Both the position numbers and the translations under genes were made by a program. Positions 38,452-48,019 of a DNA stretch of 64,000 bases are shown here, piece after piece; positions within the stretch are counted from its first letter, which is position 1, and the number at the start of each line of letters is the position of its first letter. Below the pieces are notes generated by a model, which was given only the letters and a program-made list of their open reading frames with translations, made no database searches and was not told the DNA's origin. Source of the DNA: Flavobacteriales bacterium (GTDB lineage: Bacteria > Bacteroidota > Bacteroidia > CAIKAF01); contig JANWWP010000034.1 of the NCBI GenBank assembly GCA_025055575.1, forward strand, positions 273 through 64,272, given 5' to 3'.

Positions 38452-40404
38452 GTGAACCTTACCGAACCACCCCAAGATTTTCAGGCCCAGCCAGCCCCTT
38501 CCGGTCAGGCTGAAGAAACCAGTCCTGTGACCGGGTCGTCTTCTTTGGAAGTCTGGCATTCCGATACGGAGGAATATGATGAAAGCGGTGTTCTGAATCA
38601 TCTGGATTCCGAATCCGAGGAATCTGAAAGTCAGCAGGCCGACCTGAACCAGGCCGATCCGGAACTGTATTTCGAAGATCTGGCGCAGGTGCTCACACGT
38701 TTTAGAAAATTAGTGCATGAGGGCGCCTTTTTAAAAAATCCTTCCTTATTTTATCAATACAAAAACCGCTTTCACCAGCTTTTTGACCAAGCCCGGGAAC
38801 AAGCCGAGGAAAAGTTCCAGCAGAACCGCAGCGAGGAGGATGATGCATTTGAATACACCCCGACAGCTGAGGAAAAAGAAGCGCGGAAGCTATTGGAACG
38901 CGCAGAAAGCGAATTGCGTGAGGCTAAAAAGCGTCGCGAAAGGGAGCTGCAGGAGAACCTTCTGAAAAAGGAGGATATCCTGGATGAAATGCGCCTCACC
39001 CTTCAGAATCTTCCGGTGCAGGAAGCCATAAAAAAAATGGGCGAGCTGCGGCAACGCTGGCGCGAAACAGGTCCGGTGCCGGCTTCTAAGAGTGAGGAAA
39101 TCTGGAAAAATTACCAGCACTGGAACCAAATGTTCACCCAGTTGCTGGAACGCGACAAAGAGCTTTTCGAGGAGGAACTGAGAAAGAATCTGGCTGAAAA
39201 AGAAAAAATCATCCTTGGGCTAGAAACCTTGTTACAAATGCCTTCGGCGCTAAAGGCGGTTCAGTTTATACAACCTTACCGCAAGAAATGGGCGGAGACC
39301 GGGCCTGTGCCCAAGGAAAAATCCAAAGAATTGTTCGAGCGCTTCAAAAGTGTACTGGATAAAATTTATTCCCGGCGCAATGAAGAATTGCAAAAACTCC
39401 GCGAAATCTGGCAAAAAAATAAAGAGGCCAAGGAAGCGCTTGTGTTGAAAGCCATGGAAGTGGCCGAAAGACCGATTGAAAATTATGCCCAATATAAAGA
39501 TGCCCTGGCCCAGCTGAACGAGTTGATGCATCAATGGAAGCAGGTGGGACGTACCTCTTTTGAGGATACAGAAAGCCTGTGGAACCGGTTTTCGGAACCG
39601 CGGAAACTGGTGAATAAAAAGTGGCAAGACTGGCGTCGCAAACGCAACTATGAGTTCCGGAAAAATGCAGAAGAAAAAGAAAAAATCATTCAGGAAGCGC
39701 AGCAACTGTTGTCACCGGATAACTGGAAAGAGGCCACCCAGCACATGCTGAAACTCCAGGAAAAATGGAAAAACATTGGACCCGCAGGCAAGGAGAGATC
39801 CGAAGAACTCTGGAAGAAGTTTCGTGAAATCCAGGATGCCTTTTTCCAGAAAAAAAAGGCTTTTTTTGATGAAATTCCTAAAATTTATCAGAAGAATAAA
39901 GAAGCCAAGGAAGCCCTGATATCCCGGATTGAAAATTTTGAGGTGCCGGAAGGATTCCATTACGATCAAGCGCTCCAGGAAGTAAAATCGTGGCGCCAGG
40001 AGTTTTCCCAAATCGGACATGTGCCCCTTGCCGATAAAGCCTCACTGGAAGAGCGCTTCAACGAGGTGGTGGATCGCTTTTTGGCCCGCTTCCAAGCGGA
40101 CCGGAAAAAAGCCGAGCGCGATAGCTTTCGTGTCAAAATTCAGGAAATGCAGGAAAACGGCGCCGTGGATACCGACAAACTCAAAGCTGAAGTCCGGGGC
40201 CTGCGTCAGAAAATTGAAAAGCTCAGAGCCGAGATGAATCAGCTCGAAAACAACCTAAAGTTTTTCCAGTTTGCCAAAAATGCGGAGGCCCTTAAAAAGC
40301 CTTATGAGCAAAAACTGGGACAGGTGAAAGAACAGATTGAAGTGCAGGAAGCCCGTCTCCACACCCTTCAGCTGGCTTTGAAAAAAGCCGGGGTCAAGGG
40401 GTAG
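38452..40404 (+). CDS. DUF349 repeat coiled-coil protein
   Basis: Repeated W..xGPVP....EE(I/L)W..F units. The TTG at 38431 lies inside TAACTTTG (38426-38433), so GTG 38452 is preferred. Confidence 0.88.
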   Translation: MNLTEPPQDFQAQPAPSGQAEETSPVTGSSSLEVWHSDTEEYDESGVLNHLDSESEESESQQADLNQADPELYFEDLAQVLTRFRKLVHEGAFLKNPSLFYQYKNRFHQLFDQAREQAEEKFQQNRSEEDDAFEYTPTAEEKEARKLLERAESELREAKKRRERELQENLLKKEDILDEMRLTLQNLPVQEAIKKMGELRQRWRETGPVPASKSEEIWKNYQHWNQMFTQLLERDKELFEEELRKNLAEKEKIILGLETLLQMPSALKAVQFIQPYRKKWAETGPVPKEKSKELFERFKSVLDKIYSRRNEELQKLREIWQKNKEAKEALVLKAMEVAERPIENYAQYKDALAQLNELMHQWKQVGRTSFEDTESLWNRFSEPRKLVNKKWQDWRRKRNYEFRKNAEEKEKIIQEAQQLLSPDNWKEATQHMLKLQEKWKNIGPAGKERSEELWKKFREIQDAFFQKKKAFFDEIPKIYQKNKEAKEALISRIENFEVPEGFHYDQALQEVKSWRQEFSQIGHVPLADKASLEERFNEVVDRFLARFQADRKKAERDSFRVKIQEMQENGAVDTDKLKAEVRGLRQKIEKLRAEMNQLENNLKFFQFAKNAEALKKPYEQKLGQVKEQIEVQEARLHTLQLALKKAGVKG

Positions 40405-40414
40405 TTTTCAAAAA

Positions 40415-41452
40415 ATGATGCCCTCCAAAACTTCAGCCTTGAATGCGCTCATGCAAAAGCGTATTTTGGTGTTGGACGGGGCTATGGGTACCATGATACA
40501 GCGCTACGCCCTGAGCGAAGAGGCTTACAGGGGCCACCTTTTCGCCTCATGGCCTCGACCGTTGAAAGGGAATAACGATCTTTTGTCCCTCACGCAGCCG
40601 CACATCATCCGGGATATACACTGTGCCTATCTAGAAGCCGGGGCCGATATTATTGAAACCAACACCTTCAATGCCAATCGGATTTCCATGGCGGATTATG
40701 GCATGGAAGCCCAAGTGCCTGACCTAAACCAGGCTTCTGCACGGCTGGCCCGTGAAGCCGTGGATATGTTTTCCCGCAGCCAGCCGGATCGGCCTCGTTT
40801 TGTGGCGGGCGCTATTGGGCCCACCAACAAAACCGCCTCGCTCTCTCCGGATGTCAACGATCCCGGATACCGCGCGGTCACATTCGAGGAACTGGAAGCC
40901 GCCTATTACGAACAGGCTTGCGCCCTGGCTGAGGGAGGCGTGGATATTTTGCTGGTGGAAACCATCTTTGATACCCTCAATGCCAAAGCGGCTCTATTCG
41001 CCATAGCCCGCCTTCAGGACCAATTGCCTGAGCCCTTGCCTGTGATGGTTTCAGCTACCATCACAGACGCCTCCGGCCGCACGCTGTCCGGTCAAACCAT
41101 TGAAGCGTTTTATATCTCTGTGAGCCATTTCCCCATGCTGAGCGTGGGTATCAATTGTGCGCTGGGTGCCGCCGAAATGAAGCCCTATATTCATGCCCTA
41201 TCCCGCGTAGCTACCTGTGCTGTGAGCGCCTATCCCAACGCCGGACTGCCCAATGCTTTTGGTGGTTATGATCAGACTCCCCAAGCCATGGCCGAACAAG
41301 TGGAAGCTTTTCTTAGGGATGGGGATGTCAACATTATTGGAGGCTGCTGCGGCACCACGCCGGAGCATATTCGGCGGTTGGCAGATTTGGCTTCGAAATA
41401 TGCCCCCCGAAAAATTCCTTCGCTTTCCGATGCTCTTCTTCCCACGGCCTGA
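40415..41452 (+). CDS. metH: Homocysteine S-methyltransferase domain (N-terminal module of a split MetH)
   Basis: ILVLDGAMGTMIQ, ETIFDTLNAKAA, GINCALG, YPNAGLPN and GGCCGTTP motifs. Stops after the Hcy-binding domain. Confidence 0.9.
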   Translation: MMPSKTSALNALMQKRILVLDGAMGTMIQRYALSEEAYRGHLFASWPRPLKGNNDLLSLTQPHIIRDIHCAYLEAGADIIETNTFNANRISMADYGMEAQVPDLNQASARLAREAVDMFSRSQPDRPRFVAGAIGPTNKTASLSPDVNDPGYRAVTFEELEAAYYEQACALAEGGVDILLVETIFDTLNAKAALFAIARLQDQLPEPLPVMVSATITDASGRTLSGQTIEAFYISVSHFPMLSVGINCALGAAEMKPYIHALSRVATCAVSAYPNAGLPNAFGGYDQTPQAMAEQVEAFLRDGDVNIIGGCCGTTPEHIRRLADLASKYAPRKIPSLSDALLPTA

Positions 41453-41464
41453 AAAATATTTCCT

Positions 41465-41986
41465 ATGATTCCACGTCCTTTCAATCTTTCAAACTGGATT
41501 AAAGAACACAGGCACCTTCTAAAACCCCCTGTGGGCAATAAGCGGCTCTGGACGGATTCCGAATTCATTGTGATGGTGGTGGGCGGGCCCAACTCCCGAA
41601 AAGATTTTCATTACAATGAAGGTGAAGAATTTTTTTACCAACTCGAAGGGGATATTGTGGTTAAAATTCAGGAAGAAGGGCGCTGCGTGGAAGTTCCCAT
41701 TAAAGAAGGAGAAGTTTTCCTTCTGCCTCCTAAAGTGCCCCATAATCCCTGCCGGCCGGCCCACACTGTGGGACTTGTGGTGGAGCGGCGTCGTCATCCC
41801 GGGGAAAAAGATGGCCTGCTGTGGTTTTGCGAACAATGCAACCACAAATTGTATGAAGAGTATTTCCCTTTACACAATATTGAAACGGATTTTGGCCGCG
41901 TTTTTGAAAAGTTTTACGGTTCTTTTACCCTTCGGACTTGTTCACAGTGCGGAGCGATAATGGATCCGCCGCCCCGGCCGCTATGA
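41465..41986 (+). CDS. nbaC: 3-hydroxyanthranilate 3,4-dioxygenase (kynurenine route to NAD)
   Basis: [34 protein letters not shown] and rubredoxin-like CxxC...CxxC. Confidence 0.96.
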   Translation: MIPRPFNLSNWIKEHRHLLKPPVGNKRLWTDSEFIVMVVGGPNSRKDFHYNEGEEFFYQLEGDIVVKIQEEGRCVEVPIKEGEVFLLPPKVPHNPCRPAHTVGLVVERRRHPGEKDGLLWFCEQCNHKLYEEYFPLHNIETDFGRVFEKFYGSFTLRTCSQCGAIMDPPPRPL

Positions 41987-42636
41987 CAAATTGCCTGGCC
42001 CGCTGGATGCCGGCGGCCCGATGGATCTCAGTGGTGCTGAGCCCGCTGACGTTGCCTATTCTAGGGACGCTGACCGTCCTTTTTTGGGGACAATCGGCGG
42101 AGGTGGTTCTGGCCCGTAGGGTGTATGCAGGGATACTTCTCCTCACCGTGGCCGTATTTACTCTGATGTTTCCATTTCTCACCTTGTTGGCTGCCCGATG
42201 GCTGGGTCTGGTGGGCTCTTTTGACTTGAGCCGCCCTTCCGAAAGACCCCTGATGTATCTGGCCGGCATGATCTACATGGCCTTTTCAGTCCGCTATTTA
42301 ATTCAGTTGCCTTTGCTGGCCCCGGTATTCCCAGCCTCGGGTCTGGGCGGGGTGTGTGTGCTGGCGGTGTGTATGATGATAAATTTTGGATTTAAAATCA
42401 GCGTACACGGCGCCTCGGCCGGGGCGCTGGTAGCGTTGTTTTTGTTTGCCGGACATGTGACGGCCACGGACTTTACCATTCCTCTGTCCATAGCCAGCCT
42501 GGCGGGGGGGCTTATTGGATTCTCCCGATTGCTTTTAGGAGCCCACCGGCCTTATCAATATTATCTGGGCTGGATTTGTGGCCTTGCAGCCCAGTGGATC
42601 GGTATGATTGTTTATTATAAAACCGCGGTTTTGTAA
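41983..42636 (+). CDS. PAP2-superfamily-like membrane protein
   Basis: About 6 TM segments; ER, KISVH and SRLLLGAH motifs. Confidence 0.7.
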   Translation: MTNCLARWMPAARWISVVLSPLTLPILGTLTVLFWGQSAEVVLARRVYAGILLLTVAVFTLMFPFLTLLAARWLGLVGSFDLSRPSERPLMYLAGMIYMAFSVRYLIQLPLLAPVFPASGLGGVCVLAVCMMINFGFKISVHGASAGALVALFLFAGHVTATDFTIPLSIASLAGGLIGFSRLLLGAHRPYQYYLGWICGLAAQWIGMIVYYKTAVL

Positions 42637-42653
42637 TTCTTTCCCTTTCTGAT

Positions 42654-43394
42654 TCAGAAAGGCGTGAGGCTGAAACCAATAGAAATCGGATGCCAGCCTT
42701 GTGGGCCCCGGCCGGATTTAAACAATGGGTTAGCCTGATACCGGGCCGTGATGTTGAAACGGCTCCATCCCACACGCAAGTAGGGTGTCAAACGTAAATT
42801 ATCAATTCCTGCCACGTTGTATTCCTTCACTTTAGCTTTGGAAGTAAATTGACCATACTGCTCTCCTTCGCCCACGCGTTTGGTTTTGCTTTGTACAAGA
42901 TAGCCTACGGCAAACCCAAGGTTGATTTTCACCGTGTTCCGGCGTTCAGGCTTGAAGCGGATGCGGAATTCCAAAGGCACTTCCAGTGTGGTGGTAGAGA
43001 ATTTGTATCGGCGCATGGCAGCAGCAGGGGCCACAAAATCTGACCCCTCACCATTGGCCGTCCGCACAATTTCCCGGTTTAAGAAGAAATTCTCATTGGA
43101 AACGCCGGCGCCGATGGCAAAACTCAAGGGTGTTTTACGAACGGGCGCATCGTAGAAAAGAGCAAAAGTGATCCCGTAGGAATACCATTTGGGAGAGACA
43201 CCTGCGCCCTGTTGTCGAAGTATCTGGCTGCCATGCAAGTCCAAAAGAATTTGATCCTGCATCCGGGGTGTGGAAGATATTTTATTTTTCTTTTTCTCAG
43301 GCACCGGGGTGTTGCCTTCTTCCTGGCCATGAAGAAGTTGTTGAGAAAAAAATGGCAACAAGGACAAACAGGTTAAAGAGACAAGCGTTCGCAT
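42654..43394 (-). CDS. Outer-membrane beta-barrel protein (PorT/OMP_b-brl_2-like)
   Basis: Signal peptide (LHG-Q); LEVPLEFR, amphipathic strands and C-terminal Phe. TAGGTTTG at 43416-43409 supports ATG 43394. Confidence 0.8.
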   Translation of the reverse strand: MRTLVSLTCLSLLPFFSQQLLHGQEEGNTPVPEKKKNKISSTPRMQDQILLDLHGSQILRQQGAGVSPKWYSYGITFALFYDAPVRKTPLSFAIGAGVSNENFFLNREIVRTANGEGSDFVAPAAAMRRYKFSTTTLEVPLEFRIRFKPERRNTVKINLGFAVGYLVQSKTKRVGEGEQYGQFTSKAKVKEYNVAGIDNLRLTPYLRVGWSRFNITARYQANPLFKSGRGPQGWHPISIGFSLTPF

Positions 43395-43433
43395 GAAAAA
43401 AATCGCCACAAACCTAATGATTATTTTTGGGTG

Positions 43434-43841
43434 ATGGCACAAGACAGACCTTCGAGGGTTTTATTTCTTTTGGCCTTTTCAGGCGCGCTTTTGGGGAGTT
43501 GTAATCAGGTGATCGAGGTGCATTTTGAAATTGAAAATCCCCAGCCTGTTTCCTTGCAGGTGATGTATTACTCCCAGAAATCCTACGATAGTGTAGGTTA
43601 TGTTCTCAAGCCCGGGGAGGTCTGGCCACTGGACGGCCGCCGCGTGCCCCTCCCCCGGAAACTTCAAGCCGCACCATCTTTTGAGAGGGACAAGCGTTTC
43701 ACATTTGGCCGGATATGGAACGATTCACTCAAGCTGAAAAAAAATATCAATAATGAAAATTTCTGGACTCTGTCCAACCCGGCTCCGGACAGATATGTTT
43801 ACCGTCTTAGATTAGATACTGCCGTCTTAGGAATTTGGTGA
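43434..43841 (+). CDS. Hypothetical lipoprotein
   Basis: Lipobox LLGSC; preceded by TATTTTTG-ggtg-ATG. Confidence 0.7.
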   Translation: MAQDRPSRVLFLLAFSGALLGSCNQVIEVHFEIENPQPVSLQVMYYSQKSYDSVGYVLKPGEVWPLDGRRVPLPRKLQAAPSFERDKRFTFGRIWNDSLKLKKNINNENFWTLSNPAPDRYVYRLRLDTAVLGIW

Positions 43842-43852
43842 TGGATTCCTGC

Positions 43853-44317
43853 TCACAAGCTCTTGCTAAAATGAAACACGCGCTCCTGGGCATGATTTGT
43901 ACCACTAGGAGATGGCAGCGTTTCGGTATGCCGTATGAGGATCATTCTGTCGTTCTTTATTTCTTTTATGTAGTATACAAAACCGCTCGGCTGAAAATAT
44001 AACCTTAAACCCTCTCTGGAGAGTTTAAATGTGCCGGCCGGGGCATTGAAAACGTCCGAGGAGTATTCAAAAGCATCTTTAGAGTCCTGGGAAAGAGATA
44101 CCCTAAAGAGACCAAGGTTTTCCGTAGAATCCACAAGAAGAGTGGTATTGCCCACGCTGTCTATCTGCCACAGTTCAAAGCGCGTGTAGCGCCAGGTGCC
44201 TTCCAGTCGGTTACGGGCTTTTTGAAATTTGCTGCAGGCCACCCCCAGAATAACCAGTGCGGAGCCTATCCACAAGAAATTATGACATCGCATGAGGGTT
44301 TTTAATTTTCGCATCAT
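43853..44317 (-). CDS. Lipocalin-like lipoprotein
   Basis: Lipobox GVAC followed by LEGTW, a lipocalin-like N-terminal motif. Confidence 0.65.
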   Translation of the reverse strand: MMRKLKTLMRCHNFLWIGSALVILGVACSKFQKARNRLEGTWRYTRFELWQIDSVGNTTLLVDSTENLGLFRVSLSQDSKDAFEYSSDVFNAPAGTFKLSREGLRLYFQPSGFVYYIKEIKNDRMILIRHTETLPSPSGTNHAQERVFHFSKSL

Positions 44318-45108
44318 TTGGATACTATGGTAATGAGCAGGCCAAAACGAATGGTCCAGCCTTTCAAGGCATTTTGACGGATGGTTTCCCCAAATCCCGA
44401 GGGAAATGTTTTATAGGGTTCCAAGCCGTCGTTGCCCTGTATGAGTTTATCCCTCAGAAGAACGTTATTGCTGAACACAGGTAAATTGTATTCAAAACTT
44501 ACGGGCAAACGCAAAGTGCGTCGCATCACCAAGCCTGTTCGAAGGCCGAACGGCACAGTCCATAAATTGGGCGAGGAGTACACCCCATTCACCGGATTGT
44601 CCAGAGACATGCCGGCGTTGCCGGTGGGATAGTGGTTTTCAGCAAAAAGCCGGGCTTGTGTCAGCTGAACGCCCGTATAGGCAGAAAAAAAAATGAAACG
44701 AAGGTCAGCCCCAAACTCAAAGTAGAATTTATGGGTATTTGAACGAAAGCGCAGGTTTTGAATAATTTTATTGTGAAAGGTGGCGCTGTTTTTCCATCCG
44801 GCATTATTGTATTCGTAGGTGGCAAAAACAAAACCTCCCGTCCTTTCCCCAAAAGCCAGAATACCGTAATTAAAAATAAAACCCACGCCGTGATAGGAAG
44901 AGGTGCTTAGCATTTTAAAGCCGGATGCGGGAGAAAAAACGGTATTGAAGGAGCTGAAGAAACTGTTAAATCGCTGAGAATTTAGATTCTGAAAACCATA
45001 ATTGAGGCCCAAGGACACCGCATTTTTCTGGGCTGAACAATTCAAGATTTGACAAACGCAAAGGGGAAAAACTACCGCGCGGCCAAGACACATCAACTTA
45101 GAAAACAC
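44314..45108 (-). CDS. Hypothetical outer-membrane beta-barrel protein
   Basis: Signal peptide (CSA-Q), aromatic-rich amphipathic strands and a C-terminal strand GWTIRFGLLITI. TATTTTTG at 45131-45124. Confidence 0.65.
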   Translation of the reverse strand: MFSKLMCLGRAVVFPLCVCQILNCSAQKNAVSLGLNYGFQNLNSQRFNSFFSSFNTVFSPASGFKMLSTSSYHGVGFIFNYGILAFGERTGGFVFATYEYNNAGWKNSATFHNKIIQNLRFRSNTHKFYFEFGADLRFIFFSAYTGVQLTQARLFAENHYPTGNAGMSLDNPVNGVYSSPNLWTVPFGLRTGLVMRRTLRLPVSFEYNLPVFSNNVLLRDKLIQGNDGLEPYKTFPSGFGETIRQNALKGWTIRFGLLITIVSK

Positions 45109-45188
45109 CGAATAGGATTTTTACAAAAATAACTGAAAATTCAAAGTTCTCAATTTAATAAAAATTATGGATATTCGGCGCACCTGTC

Positions 45189-46850
45189 ATGCGGTTGTTG
45201 GACTGGGTGATACTGTGGTTGTCACAATTGCTCATCGTAGGCTACGGCCTGTATGCCACACGGGGCACCCGCACCACTTTGGCTTTCCTGAAAGCCGGAA
45301 AGTCGCAGGGATGGTGGGCTGTCGGCTTATCGGTGATGGCCACGCAGGCCAGTGCGATAACTTTTTTATCCGGTCCTGGGCAGGCCTTTGCCGAAGGTAT
45401 GGGATTCCTACAGATGTATTTTGGTTTACCCCTGGCCATGATGGTCATCATTGGGCTTTTTATCCCGGCGTATGAGAAATGGAACATTACCACCGCCTAT
45501 GAATTTCTGGAAGCCCGTTTGGGACCAGGTGTGCGGTGGCTCACCGCCGGCCTCTTCCTAACGCAAAGAGGCCTGGCCGCCGGCTTCACCATTTTTGCCC
45601 CGGCTTTGGTGCTCTCGGTGCTGCTGCAATGGGACATCCGGACCACCGTGGCGTTGTGTGGCAGCGCTGTGGTGCTCTACACGGTGACGGGGGGTTCCCG
45701 GGCTGTGGCCGAAACTCAGAAATTTCAGATGGCCGTGATGATGACCGGGCTGTTCTTTGCGCTGTTTTTGCTCCTTCAACAGGCGTTTCCTGAGAATTCA
45801 GACTGGGTTCAAAGGGGCCGTATCACCGCTTTCACAGGCCGTTTAAAAGCCGTAGACCCGACCTTGAACTTTTCTGAAAAATACACACTTTGGTCAGGCT
45901 TGATTGGCGGTTTTTTTCTGGCTTTGTCTTACTTTGGAACAGACCAAAGCCAGGTGGCCCGTTATATCGGCAGCCGAAATGCCGGGGAAGCCCGCAAAGG
46001 GCTGATCATGAACGCGATATTAAAAATTCCCATGCAGGCCGTGGTGTTGCTGTGCGGCGTCTTATTATATGTCTACTATCTGGGGCACCCCCGCCCCTTA
46101 AACTTCAATTCCCGCATTGAGAAGGAAATTTGGAATTCAAAAAATAGCAACTTAAATCATTTTGTAACCCATTATCAAAGAGTTTCAGACTCCTTACGTT
46201 GGGCATATTGGGAGGTTTTAGGAAAGCCGGAGTCCCTTCCGTTAGTTGTCCGTGCCCGGGATAGTTTGGAAAAAGCCCTTCAGTCGGCTGCAACTTCTGC
46301 GCTCCAAGGCGAGGATGTGCGGGATACCAATTATATTTTTCTTCGCTTTGCCGTGGATCATTTCCCGCCCGGGGTGCTGGGACTGATTGTATCTATGCTG
46401 ATCAGCGCTGCGATGTCCTCGGCTTCTTCAGAGCTCAACGCTTTGGCAGGGGTCACATCAGTCGATTTTATTCAACGCATGTCCCGAGAGCCCTTCTCAG
46501 AAAAAAAACTGCTTAGGCTCAGCCGTATCAGCACAGTCTTCTGGGGCCTTTATGCCGTGGCATTTGCCATGCTGGCCGGCCGATTGGGTACACTCATCGA
46601 GGCGGTCAATATGTTGGGAAGTCTTGTGTATGGCGTAATCCTTGGCATTTTTCTGACTGCGCTTTCACCCGTCAGAGTGCGCGGTCGTGATGTCATCCTG
46701 GCCGCTTTGGTGGCCGAAAGTATTATATTGTTTTTGTTTTTCACCGATAAGCTGCCTTTTTTGTGGCTCAATCCATTAGGCACTTTGGTGGTGGTGTCCG
46801 TATCCCTGACCCTGGCCAGGATCTTCAAAATTCAAAAATCGGCATCATGA
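45189..46850 (+). CDS. Sodium:solute symporter (SSS family)
   Basis: ATQASAITFLS.PG, TAYEFLEARL, YFGTDQSQVARY and AAMSS.SSELNAL motifs. Confidence 0.93.
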   Translation: MRLLDWVILWLSQLLIVGYGLYATRGTRTTLAFLKAGKSQGWWAVGLSVMATQASAITFLSGPGQAFAEGMGFLQMYFGLPLAMMVIIGLFIPAYEKWNITTAYEFLEARLGPGVRWLTAGLFLTQRGLAAGFTIFAPALVLSVLLQWDIRTTVALCGSAVVLYTVTGGSRAVAETQKFQMAVMMTGLFFALFLLLQQAFPENSDWVQRGRITAFTGRLKAVDPTLNFSEKYTLWSGLIGGFFLALSYFGTDQSQVARYIGSRNAGEARKGLIMNAILKIPMQAVVLLCGVLLYVYYLGHPRPLNFNSRIEKEIWNSKNSNLNHFVTHYQRVSDSLRWAYWEVLGKPESLPLVVRARDSLEKALQSAATSALQGEDVRDTNYIFLRFAVDHFPPGVLGLIVSMLISAAMSSASSELNALAGVTSVDFIQRMSREPFSEKKLLRLSRISTVFWGLYAVAFAMLAGRLGTLIEAVNMLGSLVYGVILGIFLTALSPVRVRGRDVILAALVAESIILFLFFTDKLPFLWLNPLGTLVVVSVSLTLARIFKIQKSAS

Positions 46851-48019
46851 AGGCCTTGATAGGTACGCTCCAAATTCTTTTTGTCCGATCCACGCCCTTC
46901 ATTTTCGGTGTTTTAATGAATGGGTTTTCCGTTTTTACAACGCATGGACAACCCGTTAAGACCGGCTTTGAAACATCTCATAAATCCGTGGGGTTGAGAT
47001 ATTCAAGGGGTTTTTTATTTGCCCATTCGGCCTTGATGCACGCCATAGGACGGGGCCCGAATCAGTCTTTGGAACTTTTTATGGAATTCCAAACGGCCGG
47101 CGTCCGACCCTGGGAATTTTACCATCGACTGCCGCCCTGGCGCCTGCTTTTCAATGTGGCAGACTTCAGCGACCCAAGACACATTGGCCAGGTGTATTCG
47201 CTGGGCACGGAAATGTCGTTTCCTTTGGTGCGTCGCCGCTGCTTTTATTTAGGTCTCACAGGCGCGCTCGGACTGGGTTTTGTCACCCGGCCATTCCACC
47301 CCATAAAAAACAATACCAATGCGGCGGTCAGTTCTCCGGTAAATTACCTCCTGCGCCCGGGTTTGGAAGTGGCATTTCCTATCCACCGGCAGGCGCGTAT
47401 ATTGGCCGGACTTTCCTTCACCCACTGGAGTGTGGGGGCGCTCACCATGCCCAATTTGGGCATGAACATTCCCGCTTTCCATGTGGCTGTAACTGGCGGT
47501 TGGGACGTGCGCCCACTGAATTCGGCCCCGCGTCCGCCCTTTGCGCGCCCGCCCTGGCAGGCCGATCTGCTCCTTTGTGGCGGTCTCAAACAGGTGTACC
47601 CTTTGGGCACCGGCTTTTTTCCCACCGCCACCCTGGGCGTTTGGTTTTTCCGGCAATTCACGCCGAAATCCGCTTTCCCGGCCGGTATTGAGTTTTTTTA
47701 TGATGGCTCCATGAAGATGCGCATGTTCCGTGCTTACCATTCTTACGGTTATGACTGGCAAGCCTTGAGGGCGGGTCTCTTCGCCGGTTACGAATGGATG
47801 ATCAACCGGTTCTCCCTGTATTTCCATTTTGGCGGATACTTTTTCTGGCCCGACCGCCTGGATACGCGGTTTTATCAGCGTATCGGGATGCGCTGCAGGG
47901 TGGGCCAAAAATGGCATCTGAACTTCAGTCTAAAGAGCCACTTTTTTGTGGCCGATTTTCTGGAGTTGGGGGGGGGCTACCGTCTGTGGAGCTGGATTAG
48001 GAAAAAAGCCCAAAAGTGA
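46847..48019 (+). CDS. Acyloxyacyl hydrolase / PagL-like outer-membrane beta-barrel
   Basis: FTHWSVG..MPNLGMN resembles the PagL H-x-S-N-G...N.G.N motif. The second barrel ends LKSHFFVADFLELGGGY. Confidence 0.75.
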   Translation: MKALIGTLQILFVRSTPFIFGVLMNGFSVFTTHGQPVKTGFETSHKSVGLRYSRGFLFAHSALMHAIGRGPNQSLELFMEFQTAGVRPWEFYHRLPPWRLLFNVADFSDPRHIGQVYSLGTEMSFPLVRRRCFYLGLTGALGLGFVTRPFHPIKNNTNAAVSSPVNYLLRPGLEVAFPIHRQARILAGLSFTHWSVGALTMPNLGMNIPAFHVAVTGGWDVRPLNSAPRPPFARPPWQADLLLCGGLKQVYPLGTGFFPTATLGVWFFRQFTPKSAFPAGIEFFYDGSMKMRMFRAYHSYGYDWQALRAGLFAGYEWMINRFSLYFHFGGYFFWPDRLDTRFYQRIGMRCRVGQKWHLNFSLKSHFFVADFLELGGGYRLWSWIRKKAQK

